NCBI GenBank assembly: GCA_964016885.1
Contig: CAXHJY010001328.1
Coordinates: 1 to 64,000 of the forward strand
DNA from: Eledone cirrhosa
Lineage: Eukaryota
Length of the DNA stretch: 64,000 nt
Reading direction: 5' to 3'
Shown in pieces: positions 17,041-29,009 of this stretch. Made by a program: the position numbers and the translations under genes. Numbering within the stretch: position 1 is the first letter of the stretch; every line of letters begins with the position of its first letter. The notes under the pieces were generated by a model. It saw only the letters and a list, made by a program, of their open reading frames with translations, ran no database searches and had not been told where the DNA came from.

Positions 17041-19990
17041 GGAAACTTGATAGCAATACTACATAAAACCTAAAACAGAGTATTCTTGCTAAGGCCAAAT
17101 CATATACTGAAAACAAGAGGTCATGTGATCTACAATGGGGAACTAACTATGGCTGAACAATCTTTTACCAAACCACCTGAAATCAGCTCTGGTTCTAGAA
17201 ATACAAGACTGTTTGCTTTAAGGTGTATAATATATCTATCATCATGATTTTACATAAGAACTTTTGTTAAGTTATGTTCCAAACACCAGATAAATAATGA
17301 TTTATTTTAAAAAATGATGGTTATGTGACGCATAAGGAAAGTGAGAGTTGTATTAAAAAGTGACAATGCTTGAAGTGGATGGGGCATGTGGAGAAAGGTG
17401 ACTTAGAAAGACTGGGACAAAGTTGTGAAGAATGACCTCAAGAAATAACCTCATGAAGATGACAAAAGACCAAGTTGACTGGCGATATGCTATAATACAA
17501 AAGACCTGTCCTCTTGTACAAGCACTGCAACAAAAAAAGTAAATGTAGTGAGTGACCTGAGGCTAACGAATGGAGACATAATAGGATTTGAGAGGACCCT
17601 TCACTCAAGATGAACATGTAATAACTTTTCTAGTGCTGATGTAACAAAATGCACCCAATACACCCTTCAAAATGTTCAAAACTTTGAGTCCAGTTAGCAA
17701 CAACTTTCAGCATTTCTTCATTGTTTATCAAAAGGTGCATCATGATTGAAAAATTGCTGTTTTCTTTCCATTGCAATGAAATCCAACATCAGCACCAGCA
17801 ACAACAATAACCACCACACAAAGTTCAGCAATAATACCATTTACAACAGCAACAACAGTGCCACCAACCACCCACTGGGGCCCACAGCAGGTGTTTTAAA
17901 GCCAGCTATGTGTCCTGTGGATGTGATGGTAGTCATTGTGAGAGTATTGGTATCACCATTGATAACAGTACCAGCAGCAATAACTCAATATCATCCAAAC
18001 TAATGTTATTTACAATTAAAGCATGCCTCATTATGTGTCAATAAATATGATGGCATCTTCCACCCCCATGTTAGGAGAGTATCATCACTATCATCAATAA
18101 TGATCACAGTATCCACAAGACCAAGAGGCTTGGCTCAATCCTATTATTCTTTGGTGGGTCTATTATATTAGTAGTACATAGACAGTGGGTGCTTGGTTGT
18201 AATAGTAGCAATAGCTGTTGCAGTATCAGTGATAGTAGTGTGAAAGGGGTTTCCGTGTGTCTTATTTAGGTATTTCCTTGGGCTCTACTTTTAGAAATAC
18301 TCACTTTGGATACATTACACTCTGTACACTACAGCTGCCTTAGCTCTGAAATACAACCCAACAAGAGACGCATCACATAACAACATTGAGTACTTCAAAC
18401 GGTGTGCCACCTGTAACTGTAATTACACACCTAGCATGCATATATATATATATATATGTTGATAATGATGATTATGATATATCCTTTTCGCTTCCCCATC
18501 CTGACATAGGTTGGATGACTCTTGAAGTAGCACCATGGTCTGTAGCCCATCCTGACATCAACCTTTGTTTTTTAAATAAGGTACTAATCTTCGCACACCA
18601 ACACAGGACATTTTTTTATGTGGGACATAAAAGTCACTGTTGGCCCAAGTGTTAAAGCAAAGACAAACAGATACATATATGAGAAACCTCCAAACACCTC
18701 CAAACAGGTTCAATCTGCCAAATTTCACTCACAAGGCTGTGGTCAGCATGAAACTATAGAAGACACTTTCCTAAAAGAAGTAGTGGGATAAATCCCAAAA
18801 TCATGTAGTTGAGAAGCAAACTTAACTACACAACCATGCCTATATATCATCATATGTCCTTTTTCCATGCTAACATGGGTTAGATAGTACTTTAAATTAG
18901 TACTATTGTCCTGCTCGACTGGCCAGGGACCACATCTCATATGTTCCAATTTCGACATGGTTTCTACAGCTAACTGCTTTACAGGCTATACTGAGTGCAC
19001 TTTATCATGGCACCAGCATTAGGAAGGTTATATTCATTGACATGGGAAACAGAGTGATGATGACTATTACTAAGATTTAGCATGTGATAGTGGGGCAGAG
19101 GAGAAATTGAATTTATTGGAATTAGAAGTTAACAAAAGCAAGAAATGAAACAAAAGTAACTGTAAAGCATTAAAAAAGTGGTATAAGGGTTCAGCCATGT
19201 GATTAGAGTGTTGGGCTCATGATCATAAAGTTGTGGGTTCAATTCCTGGACCAAGCAGTGCATTATATTCTTCAGCAAGATGCTTCATTTATTATAGGAC
19301 TAGGGGCTTTGTTAAATCACCCAACAAAGATGCACCTTCATAGGAGGCAGTTAAGCCTACATAGGTTTGAGGTTTGAACTGTATCAACATGACAGAACTG
19401 GGTCCCCTGTTAGTAAAACACCTAAGAAACATAACCTTGTAGGAAGCCAGCTAAACCTACATAGATATGAGCTGTGAATTTAATATTTTTCCGTTTATAT
19501 ACATAGATAGCCAAATAGCTATGAGGATCAATTTATTGCAAATGTAGGGAGATAAAAATCAATAAATTCACCTCCCCCTCTGCCAACGCAGGACTTTATA
19601 ATATATAATTAGGACTTTTAACATTGACACAGTTCACAAATTTTAGTGATAGAGGTGTGGTCAGTAAAATCAATCATAATACTTAACTGATACTTATTTT
19701 ATTGATTACATAAAGATGAAGAATCATTCTGAACTAACAAAACACAAGGCACTACTGTTTCCGCTACCAACCACCCGTACGTTTTTTGATGAGACAGGAG
19801 ACAAAAGAGCATTTTTTTTTAGTATAGAAATTTTACAGCTGTTCATTGAAATGATACGGGTATATTACTGGTATTTATATTAACGACCTCCACCGACAGG
19901 ATTTAGTAATAATTTAATCGGAATAAACATCACAGGGGTAATGTGGGATGTAGTCGCGCTCGTACTGTCAAATACACTACTGATACTTAT

Positions 19991-20208
19991 AATAATTGTA
20001 TCTAATTGAGGCACAAGGCCAGCAATTCTTAAGAGGGTGGGAAGGTCGATTATATAGAACTCGGTACTTGACTGGTACTTTATGTTATCAACTAGGGAGG
20101 GATGAAAGGCAAAGTTGACCTCGGCGAGATTTGAGTCTATAACAAAAAGGACTGTAACTAAATACCGCAAGGCATTTTGCCCGACGCTCCACCGATTCCG
20201 TCAATCCA
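19991..20208 (-). mobile_element. SINE related to family 1 (longer subfamily)
   Basis: GGATGAAAGGCAAAGTTGACCTCGGCG core and GCACAAGGCCAGCAATT tail in reverse orientation. Confidence 0.8.
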
Positions 20209-20892
20209 CAACCCATGACCAGACAACTCCGAAACAATTCTTCACAAATTCCGCAATAATAATCATAATTATATCATTTTATCAAGACACGAAACAAATC
20301 TACAGATGTTCACCAGCTACTGGTATTATCTATATTATCGAACCACTTCCTCCCACCTTGGGCTTTAAATACTGCAGCTCGTTCAATATTCTATAATAAA
20401 TAAAAACTCATCGAACTAACAACCCAACCTTGCCTCTTCAGAAGATTTAAGACTACATAAGCGACTAAAAGCTTTACATTTCTACAAGAAAAAAAAAAGA
20501 AAAAACAGTATGGGGACATTTTGTTTCGTTTTCATTTTTTTTTCTTTCTAGATGTTGCATTTGGTGTTGGGTAGATTAAAGGGGTGTGACGATAGACATG
20601 AAAGGATTCGTAACTGGACAGAAAATTTCCGGAGGTGCGCCATCAATTTACCTCTTGTTTATCTGCGACGCTCGAGGAAGAGAATGCTTATCATTACAGA
20701 TACATTAACATACAAATATATATCAACAATATATATATATATATATTTGTGTGTGTACTGAAGAAAAGGTGGCAGTGACTTCGAAGTATCGGCGTTGATG
20801 CCTCTTCAGAGTTACATTGTACTCACATGTATTGAATACTGATTCAGTCAATGTCTGAATGTTCTATGTAGATTTGTACATTAAACAACTCT

Positions 20893-20935
<43 letters not shown>

Positions 20936-21671
20936 GCAAATGGAATTGGTGTGTGCATCAAGTGGTGTCAGTATGGAAACGCACAAAACGAAAATAAAAA
21001 CGCTAGTATGGGTATCCTCTTATTTGTCTGTTTTCAGCGTGCTTTATATTAATCTTTTTATTTTTCATTTTTCGAAACAAGTGCAGCCATTGATACAAGG
21101 CAACACCAACTACACAGTGTGCAACAATGTGCACCAGTGTTCACTTCCGTGGCGTCCTCACAGAATGACAAGTATAAAAACGTAAATTATTTTAGCACAA
21201 GCAAAAGGACATTACACAACAAGTGGAGAGAGACAGAGATAGCAAGAGCAAGGGCTCTAGGATGGAAGGTTTGTTAGAAAACCTCCTGGCCACAATATCA
21301 GGGACCAGATATACGAATAGATTGCATTACAAATTAACTCTCGACTTTGTGGTCATCGTTTGTATATGCGAAAGAAACATGAAAAGTAATCACTAAATTT
21401 CTCGTCTCTAAGCATCAGTGAACAGAAATACAATGTCGTAACGACATGATATGATGATTCAATGGTTCATTTCTAATTGACAAACTTCTGAATACGAGAT
21501 AATTATAAGTGAATGACAACATAGGGATAGTAAAAGTCGTACATAAATTGAGGGATCGGTTTTATACTGTAATAAGATTCCAAATTCATCCCCCAATTTA
21601 TAACCAGAATTAAAGTAAGATAATTAAAAAAATGAATTATCATCGAATATCAATACGTTTGTTTCGCTTAC

Positions 21672-21849
21672 CCGATAAGTTTGATTCTTTTAGTAGACAA
21701 CCAGACGTGACATCATATACTTTCAATGTATGTGCGTTTGTGGCAACGATAATTGTATTGATTGTCGGGTGGTAAGTAACTCCAGTGGCAGCTTCTCCTA
21801 CAGATAAACATCCGTCTTCACCAACAGACCACTTAACCGTGGTCGCCAT
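21672..21849 (-). CDS. BIRC6: BIRC6/BRUCE/Apollon, first coding exon
   Basis: MATTVKWSVGEDGCLSVGEAATGVTYHPTINTIIVATNAHTLKVYDVTSGCLLKESNLS resembles the BIRC6 N-terminal region as I recall it (HPALNAILAVT..G.IKVIDGTSGATLQASALS). Start context AAGATGGCG; phase-1 donor G|GTAAGC at 21671. Confidence 0.85.
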
Positions 21850-22655
21850 CTTAGTATTACCACTCTTACCACGGCCGCCTATGACATCACACAGAGGCAG
21901 ATAACATTTTCATAACTACTCTACACTGGAGATCACCAAAAAGTCATTTACATATATATATCTATCTCCTTCTTTCATTCAACACGGAAATATTTTATCG
22001 ACCTTATATATATATATTAAAATACAGGATTACTAAGCGTTTAATTTTCTTATAAATTCCATCACGGTTTCGGCAGTTTCCGTCAGACAGTCGCTGCGTT
22101 AAAAAAACCGTCTGGCATAGTAACAAATTCCAGAACGAGGCTTAGTATACTTTTCCTGAACAAACTTCCTTAATATTTATTAATTAATTAATTAATAACT
22201 GAATGATTTAAAAACAAACCAATATTTTAAAATATTTTCAAAATCAAATATAAATAATAAATAGTATTTTTTTAATTTTATTCTTATTTCACGTATTTAT
22301 AATTTTTTTGTGAGGCGGAGTGAATCTTTCGTTTCGTAAACTATATAGTAAGTGTAATAATAACTTATGTCACCCTCAATAATAATAATTACTGATTAAA
22401 ATTATTTAAACAAAAATGTTTTGAATATCAAATTGTATGCTTTTTTTCTGAATATCAATGTTTTCCTGCATTCCCGGTAAACGGTCCGCATTGAATAATT
22501 GTCACATGGGTGTGTGTTGACAGTATCAAGGAAGATTGTAGAAGCTTCTTTCTCTTCTCTTATCTTTTCTGTTTTTCCCTCTGTTTGAGGTTTTATTAAT
22601 TTAAAGATTATTAGTTTCCCTTCTCTCCGCCCGTACGATAACTGAGCCTTCAAGA
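21850..22655. promoter_or_regulatory. Putative bidirectional promoter and 5' UTRs shared by BIRC6 and TBCB
   Basis: 806 bp between divergent ATGs, with no recognisable TE. YY1-type CGCCATCTT at 21844-21852 overlaps the BIRC6 ATG; CRE/ATF-like TGACATCA at 21882-21889. Confidence 0.65.
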
Positions 22656-22775
22656 ATGTCTGAGAATTACTCAGTTGTCACTGCTCCCTATGTCGAACTA
22701 TCTATAACCAGCAACATTAATCCCATCACAACTATGAAACGGTTTCCCAAGGACTTGACGATCGCCGATTTAAAG
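22656..22775 (+). CDS. TBCB: Tubulin-folding cofactor B, exon 1 (Ubl domain start)
   Basis: MSENYSVVTAPYVELSITSNINPITTMKRFPKDLTIADLK; donor AG|GTAAC, phase 0. Confidence 0.93.
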
Positions 22776-22879
22776 GTAACAAAATAATAATTGAAATGAT
22801 TCCTTTTATTTGCCAAAAGGACATCGGGTGAAGTCAACATTACAAAGACATAGTAATAATTGAAATGATTTCTTGGCGT

Positions 22880-23149
22880 TCTTTCATTTTAAGGAGACAA
22901 CATTTCTGCAGATAAGTGGAAAAGAGATGTTCATGCATGTTACGATATTTTCCGTCACCACTCAAAGGTGTGATACTATATTCTACATGTTAAAATATTG
23001 GTACGTAATAAAATGAAAATGAACAGTACGTGATTAATCTGTATCTGGAAATTCCGATATTATTCATTAGTAAAAGAAAAGGAAATATCGCAACATCACT
23101 ATTCTTTTCCATGTATCTGCAGGATAGCCATCTACTTAAAACGTAAGAA
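22880..23149. mobile_element. MITE-like imperfect foldback in TBCB intron 1
   Basis: Arms at about 22880-22955 and 23078-23149 (CTGCAGATAAGTGGAAAAGA vs TCTTTTCCATGTATCTGCAG). Confidence 0.6.
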
Positions 23150-23424
23150 CTCTTTCATATATATATGTCCTGTCATCTAAAATATTTTTTCATCGTTGTA
23201 AAATGAACTCGCCCCATATCAAATATTTAGCGTATTTACAACATATAAACACATTTTATATGATTAATATCGTTTACAAAAGAAAGATCAATAGAAATTA
23301 ATCAGAGAATAGTAAGACGTGCACACTCAATTTCACACTGCAACAAGGAATGCTGCACCAGTGATATGGAGGATGAACACTGGTAGAATGTGTACCAGAC
23401 TTAAAAATAAGTGTTGGCGCACTC

Positions 23425-23535
23425 CTGCGGGTACCCAGCTCTGTACCGATGGTGGTGAGTAGGGAGGTGGCCTTAGGGCCAAGGACACCAGAAGTCTCCA
23501 CTGCTACGGGCTCAATGGCAAACCTGTCGGGAGAG
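23425..23535 (-). mobile_element. Short CRE-clade retrotransposon fragment
   Basis: DRFAIEPVAVETSGVLGPKATSLLTTIGTELGTRR is nearly the same as the peptide at 47243-47350. Confidence 0.8.
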
Positions 23536-23601
23536 TGGCCGAGTGTTGGCGTCAAGAAGGGCATTGAGCCGTAGTTATTGCCTCAATGCCAGCATAGAAT
23601 T

Positions 23602-23885
23602 TCATCATCATCTTCGTTTAACGTCTATCTTCCACGCTAGCATGGGTTAGATGGGAGTTGTCCCACTTGAGGTAAGATTGGTCGGGTGGCCGTGTCTCGC
23701 TTGTATAGGACTATCTGGGAGGTTTTCTACGGCTGGATGCCCTTCCTAACGCCAACCACATTTACAGTGTGGACTGTGTTTTTTTGTTGTGACACCTACT
23801 CGATCTCATTAGTTTGTACTGGATGTTGTGGTACCAACTTTACAGAGAAAGAGTGGTATTGGTGGGAGTGGGGGTTGGGGTGTAT
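23602..23885 (-). mobile_element. Family 2 retroposon (RTE-type 3' UTR or SINE with GACGTTAAACGATGATG tail)
   Basis: GGCTGGATGCCCTTCCTAACGCCAACCAC core and (CAT)n tail; near-identical to 56267-56610. Confidence 0.85.
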
Positions 23886-24290
23886 ATTATAGTGGACGTA
23901 AAAATGAGGATGATATATGTGTATGTTTGTGTAACTAGATGTAAATACCTTGCAATAGTTACATCAGTAAAAAGAAGTAACTCTTTAAAAGGCGAACTTA
24001 ATAGATAACTTCAACCCATACAATAAACTGAATACCAGAATAGATCCTGGCATTGAGCTAAATATAATTGACTAAAGTCCTTGAAGGTGGTACCCCAGCA
24101 CGGCCCCAGTCTGTAACTGACTTCTCCTAAGTCACTCTGTTTCTGTAACTGACCTCTTATTAGTTACTATCAACCCTAAACCTCCACAACTTCTTGACCT
24201 CTTGGTCACACTCTCTCTCTTTTGTCACCCTCTATTTCTCCTATCTGGTCTTTCTTTAAAATATGTTTTATTATCTGTCTGTATTTTCAG

Positions 24291-24428
24291 ATGAAGTTAA
24301 TCTTGTTAACAGGTGCCTCAATGAATATGAAACTCCATTTGTACCAAGACAAGAACTGTATATGTAGTATGGATGACGATACTGCTCTTTTAGGTTCCTA
24401 TCCAGTTGAGAAAGATTGCACTTTACAT
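24291..24428 (+). CDS. TBCB: TBCB exon 2
   Basis: TTTTCAG acceptor; MKLILLTGASMNMKLHLYQDKNCICSMDDDTALLGSYPVEKDCTLH; donor GTAAG, phase 0. Confidence 0.95.
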
Positions 24429-25091
24429 GTAAGACCAGAATTTTATTTTTTTGTGGGGAGGTCTCTGACATTAAGTAGAGGCTTCTCCATTGAACACACA
24501 GCTGGAATATTCATGGTCTAAACTGATTCATTTCTATTAATGTAAAACCACTGAACTGTGATGTAGGAGTGGGACCTCTATATTCATTGAACAATATTGT
24601 AGAATGAGTGGGGCACAACTAGATGACTTGTTTCAGTTGGCTTCACTGTCAAAAGTAGGTTGTAATGTGATTAGCAGTAAAGACAGTGTTGAAACTATTG
24701 TGACGTTTATCATGTTTAATGTGTCCTTCAGTAATTATTCAGTTCAATGGAGTCCATCTCTGTCTAAGTAAAATCTATGACATGTAGAAATCTACTGGAT
24801 TCTATTTTATATAACACTTTTTTTTTTAAATAAAAAAGGGTTTTAAAAAATATCTAGTTTTTATGTGTAAAGTTGAGTTCCATGGTAAAGGTCCTTTAAC
24901 TCCTGATAGTTGTAGGGGCACTGTCCTAACACATGACATGTATTGGGCATTTAAAACTTAGTGGAACTCATCCTTTTCCAGGTCAGAACACAGCCAATTT
25001 TTTCCAGAGGATAAAAGCAAAATTGACCTTGGTGGGATTTGAACTCAGAGTACAGAGAGGTAGAACAAATTCCAAGGCATTTTTAATCTGA

Positions 25092-26368
25092 CAGTTGCAA
25101 CGCAACAGGTGAAGTACACTTCAGTTGCAGCACAACAGGTGAAGTACACTTCAGTTGCAGCACAACAGGTGAAGTACACCTCAGTTGCAACACAACAGGT
25201 GAAGTACACCTCAGTTGCAACACAACAGGTGAAGTACACCTCAGTTGCAACACAACAGGTGAAGTACACTTCAGTTGCAATGCAACAGGTGAAGTACACT
25301 TCAGTTGCAGCACAACAGGTGAAGTACACCTCAGTTGCAACACAACAGGTGAAGTACACTTCAGTTGCAATGCAACAGGTGAAGTACACTTCAGTTGCAG
25401 CACAACAGGTGAAGTACACCTCAGTTGCAACAGAACAGGTGAAGTATACTTCAGTTGCAACACAACAGGTGAAGTACACCTCAGTTGCAACAGAACAGGT
25501 GAAGTACACTTCAGTTGCAGCACAACAGGTGAAGTACACCTCAGTTGCAACACAACAGGTGAAGTACACCTCAGTTGCAACACAACAGGTGAAGTATACT
25601 TCAGTTGCAATGCAACAGGTGAAGTACACTTCAGTTGCAGCACAACAGGTGAAGTACACCTCAGTTGCAACACAACAGGTGAAGTACACCTCAGTTGCAG
25701 CACAACAGCTGAAGTACACGTCAGGTGAAGTACACTTCAGTTGCAACAGAACAGGTGAAGTATACTTCAGTTGCAGTACAACAGGTGAAGTATACCTCAG
25801 TTGCAACAGAACAGGTGAAGTACATTTCAGTTGTATCACAACGGGAAGTACACTTCAGTTGCAACACAACAGGTGAAGTACACCTCAGTTGCATCACAAC
25901 AGGTGAAGTACACCTCAGTTGCAACAGAACAGGTGAAGTACACCTCAGTTGCATCACAACAGGGGAAGTACACTTCAGTTGCAGCACAACAGGGGAAGTA
26001 TACTTCAGTTGCAACACAACAGGGGAAGTATACTTCAGTTGCAGTACAACAGGGGAAGTATACTTCAGTTGCAACACAACAGGGGAAGTATACTTCAGTT
26101 GCATCACAACAGGGGAAGTACACCTCAGTTGCAGCACAACAGGGGAAGTATACTTCAGTTGCAACACAACAGGGGAAGTACACCTCAGTTGCATCACAAC
26201 AGGGGAAGTACACCTCAGTTGCATCACAACAGGTGAAGTACACCTCAGTTGCAACACAACAGGGGAAGTACACCTCAGTTGCATCACAACAGGGGAAGTA
26301 CACCTCAGTTGCAACACAACAGGGGAAGTACACCTCAGTTGCATCACAACAGGGGAAGTACACCTCAG
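25092..26368. repeat. 30-bp minisatellite, about 42 copies, in TBCB intron 2
   Basis: Unit CAGTTGCAACACAACAGGTGAAGTACACCT with variants. Confidence 0.98.
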
Positions 26369-27033
26369 CTCTTCTACCTGATAGCATGTATGATAAAGAT
26401 GGGTACAGAGAAGTTAAGAATTTTAATTCACAATCATGAAATCCTGGGTTTAATCCTGCTGTGGCATCTTCTGCAGGTATCTTTACTATAGCTTCTGGCC
26501 AATGCAATCCATGTGAGTGAAATTAGGGTAGATAGAAACTGTGTGGAAGCCCATCATATGGATTGTACCTGTAATTCCAAGTCCTGCCTAGTGACACTCA
26601 CAGTGATTCAGTTTGAGAATTATGTTAAAGTTATCTGTGGGATGCTCCACCATTGATACTATAAGAGAAGATGGTTTGTATCTGTTATTCAAAGTTCCAG
26701 CCTTGTCACATATTGTGTTATATAAATACAGCTTAGATATTGCGTTAAAACTGTAAGTTGGATTGTACATGAAACTCAAATGTTCAGCCATGTTATATAG
26801 AGTTGACTTAGGGGTCCATGTGTCTGAAATACTCAACCACTTACAGGTTATTGCATAGGTCAGATATCCAGTTGAATTGTATGGTCATCATCGATACCAA
26901 CAGATGAGCCATCACTATCATCATAAAGGTGACCACTATAGTATTGTATCTATTTCTTATTTCCCTATACTGTTTATAAACATAATACCCTATCATTTAT
27001 CATCTGGCTTTCATATTAAATTGTATTTTTCAG

Positions 27034-27127
27034 GTTGTCGATGATTCTGTACCATGTATTGATTACGTCGAAGGTGACGTAGAAGATCGTTATCAAATGT
27101 CAGAGTCAGAATATGCCAAAAAGAAGG
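27034..27127 (+). CDS. TBCB: TBCB exon 3
   Basis: TTTTTCAG acceptor; VVDDSVPCIDYVEGDVEDRYQMSESEYAKKK+G; donor GTAAC, phase 1. Confidence 0.93.
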
Positions 27128-27758
27128 GTAACTTTTGTTATTTCATTATTTTGGGGGCTTTTGGATATATTGTATTTTATATAAATGTACATAGTTATAC
27201 GAATCATTGGAAAGGTCCAGTTACTGGTTAGTACACAGCAGTGATGGTCATCACCAAAAGTAGTAGTAAAGCTAGACTTAGTGACACATGACTTCACATC
27301 GAAGAGGAAGTAAGCCAGACCTGACCATTTTTAGGGAACATGATGGCAGTAATACAAAATTGAAAAATTAAACTCGACAAAAGCACTCAACAACGGTGTT
27401 TGTGTAGAGAAACAAAGACAGAGTTGCAAACAATAAATAAATCAAACTAGAATAAATAAAAAAGTTCAACTTACAATTCAAATATAGGTTAGTCACCTGG
27501 GGGATTTTATAAATAGGTAAATGAAGCTAGTTGAAGAGAACCAACACAGCCTCGGTCATTTTCTCACTCACTCAATGATATAATTAGGTTTGTATTATTA
27601 ATATATATATAAAAGAATCATTGAATAGTTTACTCCACTGTCCAAAGGAAAAAGAAATGGGATAGTCACAACTGCCTTTGTGCTGACCTGGGACTAAACA
27701 ATAACAAAGGTTTTAAGGAAGCTGTATATATATATATATTTACCATTTTTATTTACAG

Positions 27759-27891
27759 ATAATTTCCGGAGTTACAAGGAAAAGAATTTTAAGGACATTT
27801 CTGATCATAAAAGCAAAGAAAAAATAAAGAGCGTTGAAGAAAAAGAAAAAGATGAGGAGAAATTGTCTGAAAAATTAAAGATAGGAGAGAG
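27759..27891 (+). CDS. TBCB: TBCB exon 4 (charged linker)
   Basis: TTTACAG acceptor; (D)NFRSYKEKNFKDISDHKSKEKIKSVEEKEKDEEKLSEKLKIGE(R); donor GTGAG, phase 2. Confidence 0.93.
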
Positions 27892-28091
27892 GTGAGGGTT
27901 TTGTTTCTTGCTGTTTAGTCAAGGAGGAAAGAGAAGTGCTCATGACTCCTCTCAGATCTTCTGAGATTGGAGAGAGGGACTGAGGAAGATATCCTCAAAT
28001 TAGATACCTGGTCTGAATCTTTGCAGCAGAGTGGACTCTACTAAACAGAAAATAAAACTGTTTCATCAAGGGGATGATGTGAGTGTCTAGT

Positions 28092-28515
28092 TTAAAATAA
28101 AGTCACCATATCCCTGTGTGTATCTTGTTTAGAATTGGCACACTGTTTCTCTCTGTCTGTGTGTATCTGGTTTGAAATAGGTACCTGTATCCCTGTGTGT
28201 ATCTGCTTTAGAATAAGTACACTATGTATCTGGTTTAAAATAGTACACCTTATCCCTGTATCTGGTTTACAATATGTACACATCTTTGTGTGTATCTAAT
28301 TTACAATAGGTGCACTGTATCCCTGTGTGTATCTGTACTACAATAGGCACACAGTAATCCTGTCTCTATCTGTTTTACAATAGGTACACTATCCCTGTGT
28401 ATATCTGATTTAGACTAAGATACACTGTATCCCTATAAGTATTCAGAATCACTACATTCAATTTGACACTTATTTTGTCTATCCGGTTTAGAATAGGTAC
28501 ACATTATCCCTGGGT
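28092..28515. repeat. Degenerate tandem repeat of about 37 bp (AATAGGTACACTGTATCCCTGTGTGTATCTGGTTT), TBCB intron 4
   Basis: About 10 diverged units; same family as 63075-64000. Confidence 0.8.
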
Positions 28516-28639
28516 GTCATAAGAGTCAACTAAAAAGGTTGTTATCAGGAAGGGTATCATGTATTGTAACTCTTGTGTCTCTAATGTTTATTGTATATAG
28601 TAAATCCTTTGCAGCTGATAAAGAAACAGTTATTATTAT

Positions 28640-28834
28640 AGGCGCATACATTGGCAGAACTGTTAGAGTGATGGACAAAATACTTTGTGGTGTTTGTTCT
28701 GGCTCTTTACTTTCAGAGTTCAAATCCCACCATGGTCAACTTTATCCCTCTGGTTGTTGATGTATTCAATATATACCTTCTTCCAAAATACTGCTGGTGC
28801 TGTGCCTAAATTAGAAACAATTATTATTATTATT
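28640..28834 (+). mobile_element. Degenerate SINE (family 1-related) ending just before TBCB exon 5
   Basis: TGGCAGAACTGTTAGAG head, GAGTTCAAATCC B box, TTAGAAACAATTATTATTATT tail. Confidence 0.7.
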
Positions 28835-28854
28835 GCTTTTTCTATTGTCAATAG

Positions 28855-28910
28855 ATGTAAAGTAGAAGTTAAAAACCAGCCATTACGAACTGGAACAATA
28901 AAATATGTCG
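28855..28910 (+). CDS. TBCB: TBCB exon 5 (CAP-Gly start)
   Basis: CAATAG acceptor; (R)CKVEVKNQPLRTGTIKYV(G); donor GTATGT, phase 1. Confidence 0.95.
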
Positions 28911-29009
28911 GTATGTATATTGTTTACATTTTAATTTATTGCAATTTAGTAGAATGATTAGATCGTCAGACACTGTCAGGTCATATTTAGTTATGGTTAT
29001 CTATGTTTA

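Noticed and set aside
17700-18360. Possible BIRC6 exon 2
   Set aside because: The minus-strand frames I spot-checked gave no match to the expected continuation (RKDL.G.LLLDTAL-type motif); the sequence is low-complexity.
19195-19290. tRNA-like A/B box sequence, and the heads of family 1 SINEs
   Set aside because: No complete cloverleaf, and the sequence continues into SINE body; these are SINE heads, not tRNA genes.
20520-20761. Strong + strand acceptor-like tract followed by a 69-aa ORF
   Set aside because: No recognisable protein and no matching donor or partner exon; the tract is a simple T run.
25045-26507. Repetitive-protein ORFs (QVKYTSVATQ, ATEVYFTCCV)
   Set aside because: 30-bp minisatellite in TBCB intron 2; exons 2 and 3 join in phase without it.
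27981-27998. Other CTGAnGA heptamers (27981, 14245, 14508, 36488)
   Set aside because: No stem II followed by GAAA and no closing stems; chance matches.
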